DNA of 64,000 nucleotides, taken from the human T2T-CHM13v2.0 reference genome, Homo sapiens. Under the pieces are notes generated by a model, which was not told the origin of the DNA, made no database searches, and saw only the letters and a list, made by a program, of their open reading frames with translations. Made by a program: the position numbers and the translations under genes. Positions 1 to 12,500 of the stretch are shown in pieces. Each line of letters starts with the position of its first letter. Within the stretch, counting starts at the first letter, position 1. Where the stretch lies: NCBI RefSeq assembly GCF_009914755.1, contig NC_060939.1. One strand, 5' to 3'.

Positions 1-3000
1 CTCCATTCCATTCCATTCCATTCCATTCAGTTCCATTCCATTCTGTTCCATTCCATTCCGTTCCATTGCATTCCATTCCATTCGGTACCATTCCATATTG
101 TTCCATTCGATTCCATTCGAATCCATTCCATTCCAGTCCATTCCATTCGATTCCATTCCATTCCTTTCAATTCCATTCCATTCCATTCCATTCCACTTGA
201 TTCCACTCCATTCCCTTCCACTGCATTCCATTCGATTCCATTCCATTGCATTGCATTCCATTCCATTGGACTGCATTCCATTCGATTCCATTCCATTCGA
301 ATCAATTACATAGCAATCCATTACATTCGAGTCTATTCTATTCCGTTCAATTCGATTTTGTTCCAATCCATTCGATTCCATTCCATTCGATTCCATTCCA
401 TACTATTGCATTCCATTCTATTACATTATATTCGAATAAGTTCCATTCAAGACCATTTCTTTTGAGTCCATTCTATTTGAGTCCATTCCCTTTGATTCCA
501 TAACATTTGAGTCCATTCAATTCCATTCCTTTCGTTTCCATTCCATTTGATGCCATTCCATTCAATTCTGTTCTACTCGACTCCAATACATTCAATTCCA
601 TTCCATCCGATTCCATTACATTCTTTTCATTTCTTATCCATTTCAAGCCATTCCACTCCATTCCATTCCACTCGTTTCCTTTCCATTCGAGTCCATTCCT
701 CTCCAGTCCATTCCGTTCAATCCATTCCATTCCAGTCCATTCCATTCGAGTCCGTTCCATTCCAGTCCATTCCATTCGAGTCAATTCCATTCCATTCGAT
801 GTCTTTCCATAACGATCCATTCCATTCTATTCCTTTCGATTCCATTCCATTCTATTTCATTCCATTCGATTCCCTTCCATTGGACTCCTTTCCATTCGAG
901 TGCATTCCATTCCGTTCCATTTCTTTCCGTTCTGTACGATTCCTACCGTTCGATTTCATTTTGTTCCAGTCCATTCCTTTCGCGTCCATTCCATTCCATT
1001 TCACTCCATTCGATTCCATTCCACTCGATTCCACTTCGTTCCATTTCATTGCATTCCATTCTATTCAACTCTATTGCCTTCCATTCCATTCCATTCGTTA
1101 CATTCCATGCGATTCCATTCGAAATCGAATCAATTACATTGCAATCCATTACTATTGAGTCCGTTTTATTCCAGTCCACTGCATTCTGTTCCATTCCATT
1201 TGATTCCATTCCATTCTATTCCATTCCATACAGTTGCATTCCATTGGATTCCATGCTATATCTATAAATTCAATTCGAGACCATTGCTTTTGAGTCCATT
1301 CTATATGATTCCATTCCATTCAAGTCCATTACATTTGGTTCAATTCCATTCCATTCCATTCCCTTCCATTCCATTCCATTTGATATCAATCCATTCGATT
1401 CCATTCCATTCGAGCACATTCCATTCGAGTCCATTCCATTCGATGCCATTCCATTTGATTCTATTCCATTAGTCTCCATTCAATTCCATTAATCTCCATT
1501 CCATTCCATTCTACTCCAACTGATTCCATTCCATTCTATTCCTTTCCATTCCATTTCATTCCATTCCATTCCATTCCATTCCATTCCATTCGTGTCCATT
1601 CCACTCCAGTCCATTCCATTCGTGTCCATTCCATTCCAGTCCATTCCATTTGTGTCCACTGCATTCCATTCCACTCCATTCCATATTATTCCATTACACA
1701 CCATTCCATTCTATCACTTTCATTTCCATTCAATTCCATTCCATTTGATTCCATTCCACTCGGTTTCATTCCATTTGAGTCCACTCCATTCCATTCCATT
1801 CCATTCCATTCAGTTCCATTCCATTCTGTTCCATTCCATTCCGTTCCATTCCATTCCATTCCATTCGGTACCATTCCATATTGTTCCATTCGATTCCATT
1901 CGAATCCATTCCATTCCAGTCCATTCCATTCGATTCCATTCCATTCATTTCAATTCCATTCCATTCCATTCCATTACATTCCACTTGATTCCTCTCCATT
2001 CCCTTCCACTGCATTCCGTTCGATTCCATTCCATTGCATTGCATTCCATTCCATTGGATTGCATTCCATTCGATTCCATTCCATTCGAATCAATTACATA
2101 GCAATCCATTACATTCGAGTCTATTCTATTCCGTTCCATTCGATTTCGTTCCAATCCATTCGATTCCATTCCATTCGATTCCATTCCATACTATTGCATT
2201 CCATTCGATTACATTATATTCGAATAAGTTCCATTCAAGACCATTTCTTTTGAGACCATTCTATTTGAGTCCATTCCCTTTGATTCCATAACATTTGAGT
2301 CCATTCAATTCCATTCCTTTCGTTTCCATTCCATTTGATGCCATTCCATTCAATTCTGTTCTACTCGACTCCAATACATTCAATTCCATTCCATCCGATT
2401 CCATTACATTCTTTTCATTTCTTATCCATTTCAAGCCACTCCACTCCATTCCATTCCACTCGTTTCCTTTCCATTCGAGTCCATTCCTCTCCAGTCCATT
2501 CCGTTCAATCCATTCCATTCCAGTCCATTCCATTCGAGTCCGTTCCATTCCAGTCCATTCCATTCGAGTCAATTCCATTCCATTCGATGTCTTTCCATAA
2601 CGATCCATTCCATTCTATTCCTTTCGATTCCATTCCATTCTATTTCATTCCATTCGATTCCCTTCCATTGGACTCCTTTCCATTCGAGTGCATTCCATTC
2701 CTTTCCATTTCTTTCCGTTCTGTACGATTCCTACCGTTCGATTTCATTTTGTTCCAGTCCATTCCTTTCGCGTCCATTCCATTCCATTTCACTCCATTCG
2801 ATTCCATTCCACTCGATTCCACTTCGTTCCATTTCATTGCATTCCATTCTATTCAACTCTATTGCCTTCCATTCCATTCCATTCGATTACATTCCATGCG
2901 ATTCCATTCGAAATCGAATCAATTACATTGCAATCCATTACTATTGAGTCCGTTTTATTCCAGTCCACTGCATTCTGTTCCATTCCATTTGATTCCATTC

Positions 3001-3599
3001 CATTCTATTCCATTCCATACAGTTGCATTCCATTGGATTCCATGCTATATCTATAAATTCAATTCGAGACCATTGCTTTTGAGTCCATTCTATATGATTC
3101 CATTCCATTCAAGTCCATTACATTTGGTTCAATTCCATTCCATTCCATTCCCTTCCATTCCATTCCATTTGATATCAATCCATTCGATTCCATTCCATTC
3201 GAGCACATTCCATTCGAGTCCATTCCATTCGATGCCATTCCATTTGATTCTATTCCATTAGTCTCCATTCAATTCCATTAATCTCCATTCCATTCCATTC
3301 TACTCCAACTGATTCCATTCCATTCTATTCCTTTCCATTCCATTTCATTCCATTCCATTCCATTTCATTCCATTCCATTCCATTCGCTTCCATTCCATTC
3401 GTGTCCATTCCACTCCAGTCCATTCCATTCGTGTCCATTCCATTCCAGTCCATTCCATTTGTGTCCACTGCATTCCATTCCACTCCATTCCATATTATTC
3501 CATTACACTCCATTCCATTCTATTACTTTCATTTCCATTCAATTCCATTCCATTTGATTCCATTCCACTCGGTTTCATTCCATTTGAGTCCACTCCATT

Positions 3600-6500
3600 C
3601 CATTCCATTCCATTCAGTTCCAATCCATTCTGTTCCATTCCATTCCGTTCCGTTACATTCCATTCCATTCGGTACCATTCCATATTGTTCCATTCGATTC
3701 CATTCGAATCCATTCCATTCCAGTCCATTCCATTCGATTCCATTCCATTCATTTCAATTCCATTCCATTCCATTCCATTACATTCCACTTGATTCCTCTC
3801 CATTCCCTTCCACTGCATTCCGTTCGATTCCATTCCATTGCATTGCATTCCATTCCATTGGATTGCATTCCATTCGATTCCATTCCATTCGAATCAATTA
3901 CATAGCAATCCATTACATTCGAGTCTATTCTCTTCCGTTCCATTCGATTTCGTTCCAATCCATTCGATTCCATTCCATTCGATTCCATTCCATACTATTG
4001 CATTCCATTCGATTACATTATATTCGAATAAGTTCCATTCAAGACCATTTCTTTTGAGTCCATTCTATTTGAGTCCATTCCCTTTGATTCCATAACATTT
4101 GAGTCCATTCAATTCCATTCCTTTCGTTTCCATTCCATTTGATGCCATTCCATTCAATTCTGTTCTACTCGACTCCAATACATTCAATTCCATTCCATCC
4201 GATTCCATTACATTCTTTTCATTTCTTATCCATTTCAAGCCATTCCACTCCATTCCATTCCACTCGTTTCCTTTCCATTCGAGTCCATTCCTCTCCAGTC
4301 CATTCCGTTCAATCCATTCCATTCCAGTCCATTCCATTCGAGTCCGTTCCATTCCAGTCCATTCCATTCGAGTCAATTCCATTCCATTCGATGTCTTTCC
4401 ATAACGATCCATTCCATTCTATTCCTTTCGATTCCATTCCATTCTATTTCATTCCATTCGTTTCCCTTCCATTGCACTCCTTTCCATTCGAGTGCATTCC
4501 ATTCCGTTCCATTTCTTTCCGTTCTGTACGATTCCTACCGTTCGATTTCATTTTGTTCCAGTCCATTCCTTTCGCGTCCATTCCATTCCATTTCACTCCA
4601 TTCGATTCCATTCCACTCGATTCCACTTCGTTCCATTTCATTGCATTCCATTCTATTCAACTCTATTGCCTTCCATTCCATTCCATTCGATTACATTCCA
4701 TGCGATTCCATTCGAAATCGAATCAATTACATTGCAATCCATTACTATTGAGTCCATTTTATTCCAGTCCACTGCATTCTGGTCCATTCCATTTGATTCC
4801 ATTCCATTCTATTCCATTCCATACAGTTGCATTCCATTGGATTCCATTCTATATCTATAAATTCAATTCGAGACCATTGCTTTTGAGTCCATTCTATATG
4901 ATTCCATTCCAATCAAGTCCATTACATTTGGTTCAATTCCATTTCATTCCATTCCCTTCCATTCCATTCCAGTTGATATCAATCCATTCGATTCCATTCC
5001 ATTCGAGCACATTCCATTCGAGTCCATTCCATTCGATGCCATTCCATTTGATTCTATTCCATTAGTCTCCATTCAATTCCATTAATCTCCATTCCATTCC
5101 ATTCTACTCCAACTGATTCCATTCCATTCTATTCCTTTCCATTCCATTTCATTCCATTCCATTCCATTTCATTCCATTCCATTCCATTCGCTTCCATTCC
5201 ATTCGTGTCCATTCCACTCCAGTCCATTCCATTCGTGTCCATTCCATTCCAGTCCATTCCATTTGTGTCCACTGCATTCCATTCCACTCCATTCCATATT
5301 ATTCCATTACACTCCATTCCATTCTATTACTTTCATTTCCATTCAATTCCATTCCATTTGATTCCATTCCACTCGGTTTCATTCCATTTGAGTCCACTCC
5401 ATTCCATTCCATTGCATTCCATTCAGTTCCATTCCATTCTGTTCCATTCCATTCCGTTCCATTACATTCCATTCCATTCGGTACCATTCCATATTGTTCC
5501 ATTCGATTCCATTCGAATCCATTCCATTCCAGTCCATTCCATTCGATTCCATTCCATTCATTTCAATTCCATTCCATTCCATTCCATTACATTCCACTTG
5601 ATTCCTCTCCATTCCCTTCCACTGCATTCCGTTCGATTCCATTCCATTGCATTGCATTCCATTCCATTGGATTGCATTCCATTCGATTCCATTCCATTCG
5701 AATCAATTACATAGCAATCCATTACATTCGAGTCTATTCTCTTCCGTTCCATTCGATTTCGTTCCAATCCATTCGATTCCATTCCATTCGATTCCATTCC
5801 ATACTATTGCATTCCATTCGATTACATTATATTCGAATAAGTTCCATTCAAGACCATTTCTTTTGAGTCCATTCTATTTGAGTCCATTCCCTTTGATTCT
5901 ATAACATTTGAGTCCATTCAATTCCATTCCTTTCGTTTCCATTCCATTTGATGCCATTCCATTCAATTCTGTTCTACTCGACTCCAATACATTCAATTCC
6001 ATTCCATCCGATTCCATTACATTCTTTTCATTTCTTATCCATTTCAAGCCATTCCACTCCATTCCATTCCACTCGTTTCCTTTCCATTCGAGTCCATTCC
6101 TCTCCAGTCCATTCCATTCAATCCATTCCATTTCAGTCCATTCCATTCGAGTCCGTTCCATTTCAGTCCATTCCATTCGAGTCAATTCCATTCCATTCGA
6201 TGTCTTTCCATAACGATCCATTCCATTCTATTCCTTTCGATTCCATTCCATTCTATTTCATTCCATTCGATTCCCTTCCATTGGACTCCTTTCCATTCGA
6301 GTGCATTCCATTCCGTTCCATTTCTTTCCGTTCTGTACGATTCCTACCGTTCGATTTCATTTTGTTCCAGTCCATTCCTTTCGCGTCCATTCCATTCCAT
6401 TTCACTCCATTCGATTCCATTCCACTCGATTCCACTTCGTTCCATTTCATTGCATTCCATTCTATTCAACTCTATTGCCTTCCATTCCATTCCATTCGAT

Positions 6501-9500
6501 TACATTCCATGCGATTCCATTCGAAATCGAATCAATTACATTGCAATCCATTACTATTGAGTCCGTTTTATTCCAGTCCACTGCATTCTGGTCCATTCCA
6601 TTTGATTCCATTCCATTCTATTCCATTCCATACAGTTGCATTCCATTGGATTCCATGCTATATCTATAAATTCAATTCGAGACCATTGCTTTTGAGTCCA
6701 TTCTATATGATTCCATTCCATTCAAATCCATTACTTTTGGTTCAATTCCATTCCATTCCATTCCCTTCCATTCCATTCCATTTGATATCAATCCATTCGA
6801 TTCCATTCCATTCGAGCACATTCCATTCGAGACCATTCCATTCGATGCCATTCCATTTGATTCTATTCCATTAGTCTCCATTCAATTCCATTAATCTCCA
6901 TTCCATTCCATTCTACTCCAACTGATTCCATTCCATTCTATTCCTTTCCATTCCATTTCATTCCATTCCATTCCATTTCATTCCATTCCATTCCATTCGT
7001 GTCCATTCCACTCCAGTCCATTCCATTCGTGTCCATTCCATTCCAGTCCATTCCATTTGTGTCCACTGCATTCCATTCCACTCCATTCCATATTATTCCA
7101 TTACACTCCATTCCATTCTATCACTTTCATTTCCATTCAATTCCATTCCATTTGATTCCATTCCACTCGGTTTCATTCCATTTGAGTCCACTCCATTCCA
7201 TTCCATTGCATTCCATTCAGTTCCATTCCATTCTGTTCCATTCCATTCCGTTCCATTACATTCCATTCCATTCGGTACCATTCCTTATTGTTCCATTCGA
7301 TTCCATTCGAATCCATTCCATTCCAGTCCATTCCATTCGATTCCATTCCATTCATTTCAATTCCATTCCATTCCATTCCATTACATTCCACTTGATTCCT
7401 CTCCATTCCCTTCCACTGCATTCCGTTCGATTCCATTCCATTGCATTGCATTCCATTCCATTGGATTGCATTCCATTCGATTCCATTCCATTCGAATCAA
7501 TTACATAGCAATCCATTGCATTCGAGTCTATTCTCTTCCGTTCCATTCGATTTCGTTCCAATCCATTCGATTCCATTCCATTCGATTCCATTCCATACTA
7601 TTGCATTCCATTCGATTACATTATATTCGAATAAGTTCCATTCAAGACCATTTCTTTTGAGTCCATTCTATTTGAGTCCATTCCCTTTGATTCCGTAACA
7701 TTTGAGTCCATTCAATTCCATTCCTTTCGTTTCCATTCCATTTGATGCCATTCCATTCAATTCTGTTCTACTCGACTCCAATACACTCAATTCCATTCCA
7801 TCCGATTCCATTACATTCTTTTCATTTCTTATCCATTTCAAGCCATTCCACTCCATTCCATTCCACTCGTTTCCTTTCCATTCGAGTCCATTCCTCTCCA
7901 GTCCATTCCGTTCAATCCATTCCATTCCAGTCCATTCCATTCGAGTCCGTTCCATTCCAGTCCATTCCATTCGAGTCAATTCCATCCCATTCGATGTCTT
8001 TCCATAACGATCCATTCCATTCTATTCCTTTCGATTCCATTCCATTCTATTTCATTCCATTCGATTCCCTTCCATTGGACTCCTTTCCATTCGAGTGCAT
8101 TCCATTCCTTTCCATTTCTTTCCGTTCTGTACGATTCCTACCGTTCGATTTCATTTTGTTCCAGTCCATTCCTTTCGCGTCCATTCCATTCCATTTCACT
8201 CCATTCGATTCCATTCCACTCGATTCCACTTCGTTCCATTTCATTGCATTCCATTCTATTCAACTCTATTGCCTTCCATTCCATTCCATTCGATTACATT
8301 CCATGCGATTCCATTCGAAATCGAATCAATTACATTGCAATCCATTACTATTGAGTCCGTTTTATTCCAGTCCACTGCATTCTGGTCCATTCCATTTGAT
8401 TCCATTCCATTCTATTCCATTCCATACAGTTGCATTCCATTGGATTCCATGCTATATCTATAAATTCAATTCGAGACCATTGCTTTTGAGTCCATTCTAT
8501 ATGATTCCATTCCATTCAAGTCCATTACATTTGGTTCAATTCCATTCCATTCCATTCCCTTCCATTCCATTCCATTTGATATCAATCCATTCGATTCCAT
8601 TCCATTCGAGCACATTCCATTCGAGTCCATTCCATTCGATGCCATTCCATTTGATTCTATTCCATTAGTCTCCATTCAATTCCATTAATCTCCATTCCAT
8701 TCCATTCTACTCCAACTGATTCCATTCCATTCTATTCCTTTCCATTCCATTTCATTCCATTCCATTCCATTTCATTCCATTCCATTCCATTCGTGTCCAT
8801 TCCACTCCAGTCCATTCCATTCGTGTCCATTCCATTCCAGTCCATTCCATTTGTGTCCACTGCATTCCATTCCACTCCATTCCATATTATTCCATTACAC
8901 TCCATTCCATTCTATTACTTTCATTTCCATTCAATTCCATTCCATTTGATTCCATTCCACTCGGTTTCATTCCATTTGAGTCCACTCCATTCCATTCCAT
9001 TCCATTCCATTCAGTTCCATTCCATTCTGTTCCATTCCATTCCCTTCCATTACATTCCATTCCATTCGGTACCATTCCATATTGTTCCATTCGATTCCAT
9101 TCGAATCCATTCCATTCCAGTCCATTCCATTCGATTCCATTCCATTCATTTCAATTCCATTCCATTCCATTCCATTACATTCCACTTGATTCCTCTCCAT
9201 TCCCTTCCACTGCATTCCGTTCGATTCCATTCCATTGCATTGCATTCCATTCCATTGGATTGCATTCCATTCGATTCCATTCCATTCGAATCAATTACAT
9301 AGCAATCCATTACATTCGAGTCTATTCTCTTCCGTTCCATTCGATTTCGTTCCAATCCATTCGATTCCATTCCATTCGATTCCATTCCATGCTATTGCAT
9401 TCCATTCTATTACATTATATTCGAATAAGTTCCATTCAAGACCATTTCTTTTGAGTCCATTCTATTTGAGTCCATTCCCTTTGATTCCATAACATTTGAG

Positions 9501-12500
9501 TCCATTCAATTCCATTCCTTTCGTTTCCATTCCATTTGATGCCATTCCATTCAATTCTGTTCTACTCGACTCCAATACATTCAATTCCATTCCATCCGAT
9601 TCCATTACATTCTTTTCATTTCTTATCCATTTCAAGCCATTCCACTCCATTCCATTCCACTCGTTTCCTTTCCATTCGAGTCCATTCCTCTCCAGTCCAT
9701 TCCGTTCAATCCATTCCATTCCAGTCCATTCCATTCGAGTCCGTTCCATTCCAGTCCATTCCATTCGAGTCAATTCCATTCCATTCGATGTCTTTCCATA
9801 ACGATCCATTCCATTCTATTCCTTTCGATTCCATTCCATTCTATTTCATTCCATTCGATTCCCTTCCATTGGACTCCTTTCCATTCGAGTGCATTCCATT
9901 CCGTTCCATTTCTTTCCGTTCTGTACGATTCCTACCGTTAGATTTCATTTTGTTCCAGTCCATTCCTTTCGCGTCCATTCCATTCCATTTCACTCCATTC
10001 GATTCCATTCCACTCGATTCCACTTCGTTCCATTTCATTGCATTCCATTCTATTCAACTCTATTGCCTTCCATTCCATTCCATTCGATTACATTCCATGC
10101 GATTCCATTCGAAATCGAATCAATTACATTGCAATCCATTACTATTGAGTCCGTTTTATTCCAGTCCACTGCATTCTGGTCCATTCCATTTGATTCCATT
10201 CCATTCTATTCCATTCCATACAGTTGCATTCCATTGGATTCCATGCTATATCTATAAATTCAATTCGAGACCATTGCTTTTGAGTCCATTCTATATGATT
10301 CCATTCCATTCAAATCCATTACATTTGGTTCAATTCCATTCCATTCCATTCCCTTCCATTCCATTCCATTTGATATCAATCCATTCGATTCCATTCCATT
10401 CGAGCACATTCCATTCGAGTCCATTCCATTCGATGCCATTCCATTTGATTCTATTCCATTAGTCTCCATTCAATTCCATTAATCTCCATTCCATTCCATT
10501 CTATTCCAACTGATTCCATTCCACTCTATTCCTTTCCATTCCATTTCATTCCATTCCATTCCATTTCATTCCATTCCATTCCATTCGTGTCCATTCCACT
10601 CCAGTCCATTCCATTCGTGTCCATTCCATTCCAGTCCATTCCATTTGTGTCCACTGCATTCCATTCCACTCCATTCCATATTATTCCATTACACTCCATT
10701 CCATTCTATTACTTTCATTTCCATTCAATTCCATTCCATTTGATTCCATTCCACTCGGTTTCATTCCATTTGAGTCCACTCCATTCCATTCCATTCCATT
10801 CCATTCAGTTCCATTCCATTCTGTTCCATTCCATTCCGTTCCATTACATTCCATTCCATTCGGTACCATTCCATATTGTTCCATTCGATTCCATTCGAAT
10901 CCATTCCATTCCAGTCCATTCCATTCCATTCCATTCCATTCATTTCAATTCCATTCCATTCCATTCCATTACATTCCACTTGATTCCTCTCCATTCCCTT
11001 CCACTGCATTCCGTTCGATTCCATTCCATTGCATTGCATTCCATTCCATTGGATTGCATTCCATTCGATTCCATTCCATTCGAATCAATTACATAGCAAT
11101 CCATTACATTCGAGTCTATTCTATTCCGTTCCATTCGATTTCGTTCCAATCCAATCGATTCCATTCCATTCGATTCCATTCCATACTATTGCATTCCATT
11201 CGATTACATTATATTCGAATAAGTTCCATTCAAGACCATTTCTTTTGAGTCCATTCTATTTGAGTCCATTCCCTTTGATTCCATAACATTTGAGTCCATT
11301 CAATTCCATTCCTTTCGTTTCCATTCCATTTGATGCCATTCCATTCAATTCTGTTCTACTCGACTCCAATACATTCAATTCCATTCCATCCGATTCCATT
11401 ACATTCTTTTCATTTCTTATCCATTTCAAGCCATTCCACTCCATTCCATTCCAGTCATTTCCTTTCCATTCGAGTCCATTCCTCTCCAGTCCATTCCGTT
11501 CAATCCATTCCATTCCAGTCCATTCCATTCGAGTCCGTTCCATTCCAGTCCATTCCATTCGAGTCAATTCCATTCCATTCGATGTCTTTCCATAACGATC
11601 CATTCCATTCTATTCCTTTCGATTCCATTCCATTCTATTTCATTCCATTCGATTCCCTTCCATTGGACTCCTTTCCATTCGAGTGCATTCCATTCCGTTC
11701 CATTTCTTTCCGTTCTGTACGATTCCTACCGTTCGATTTCATTTTGTTCCAGTCCATTCCTTTCGCGTCCATTCCATTCCATTTCACTCCATTCGATTCC
11801 ATTCCACTCGATTCCACTTCGTTCCATTTCATTGCATTCCATTCTATTCAACTCTATTGCCTTCCATTCCATTCCATTCGATTACATTCCATGCGATTCC
11901 ATTCGAAATCGAATCAATTACATTGCAATCCATTACTATTGAGTCCGTTTTATTCCAGTCCACTGCATTCTGGTCCATTCCATTTGATTCCATTCCATTC
12001 TATTCCATTCCATACAGTTGCATTCCATTGGATTCCATGCTATATCTATAAATTCAATTCGAGACCATTGCTTTGGAGTCCATTCTATATGATTCCATTC
12101 CATTCAAATCCATTACATTTGGTTCAATTCCATTCCATTCCATTCCCTTCCATTCCATTCCATTTGATATCAATCCATTCGATTCCATTCCATTCGAGCA
12201 CATTCCATTCGAGTCCATTCCATTCGATGCCATTCCATTTGATTCTATTCCATTAGTCTCCATTCAATTCCATTAATCTCCATTCCATTCCATTCTACTC
12301 CAACGGATTCCATTCCATTCTATTCCTTTCCATTCCATTTCATTCCATTCCATTCCATTTCATTCCATTCCATTCCATTCGTGTCCATTCCACTCCAGTC
12401 CATTCCATTCGTGTCCATTCCATTCCAGTCCATTCCATTTGTGTCCACTGCATTCCATTCCACTCCATTCCATATTATTCCATTACACTCCATTCCATTC

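Noticed and set aside
1257-1272. TATA-like TATAAA once per unit, and AATAAA in 3.5-kb units (e.g. 32837, 34710, 35284)
   Set aside because: They are variants of the same ancestral cassette position (ATAAATT/ATAAGTT). Short AT-rich matches with no supporting context do not justify promoter or poly(A)-site calls.
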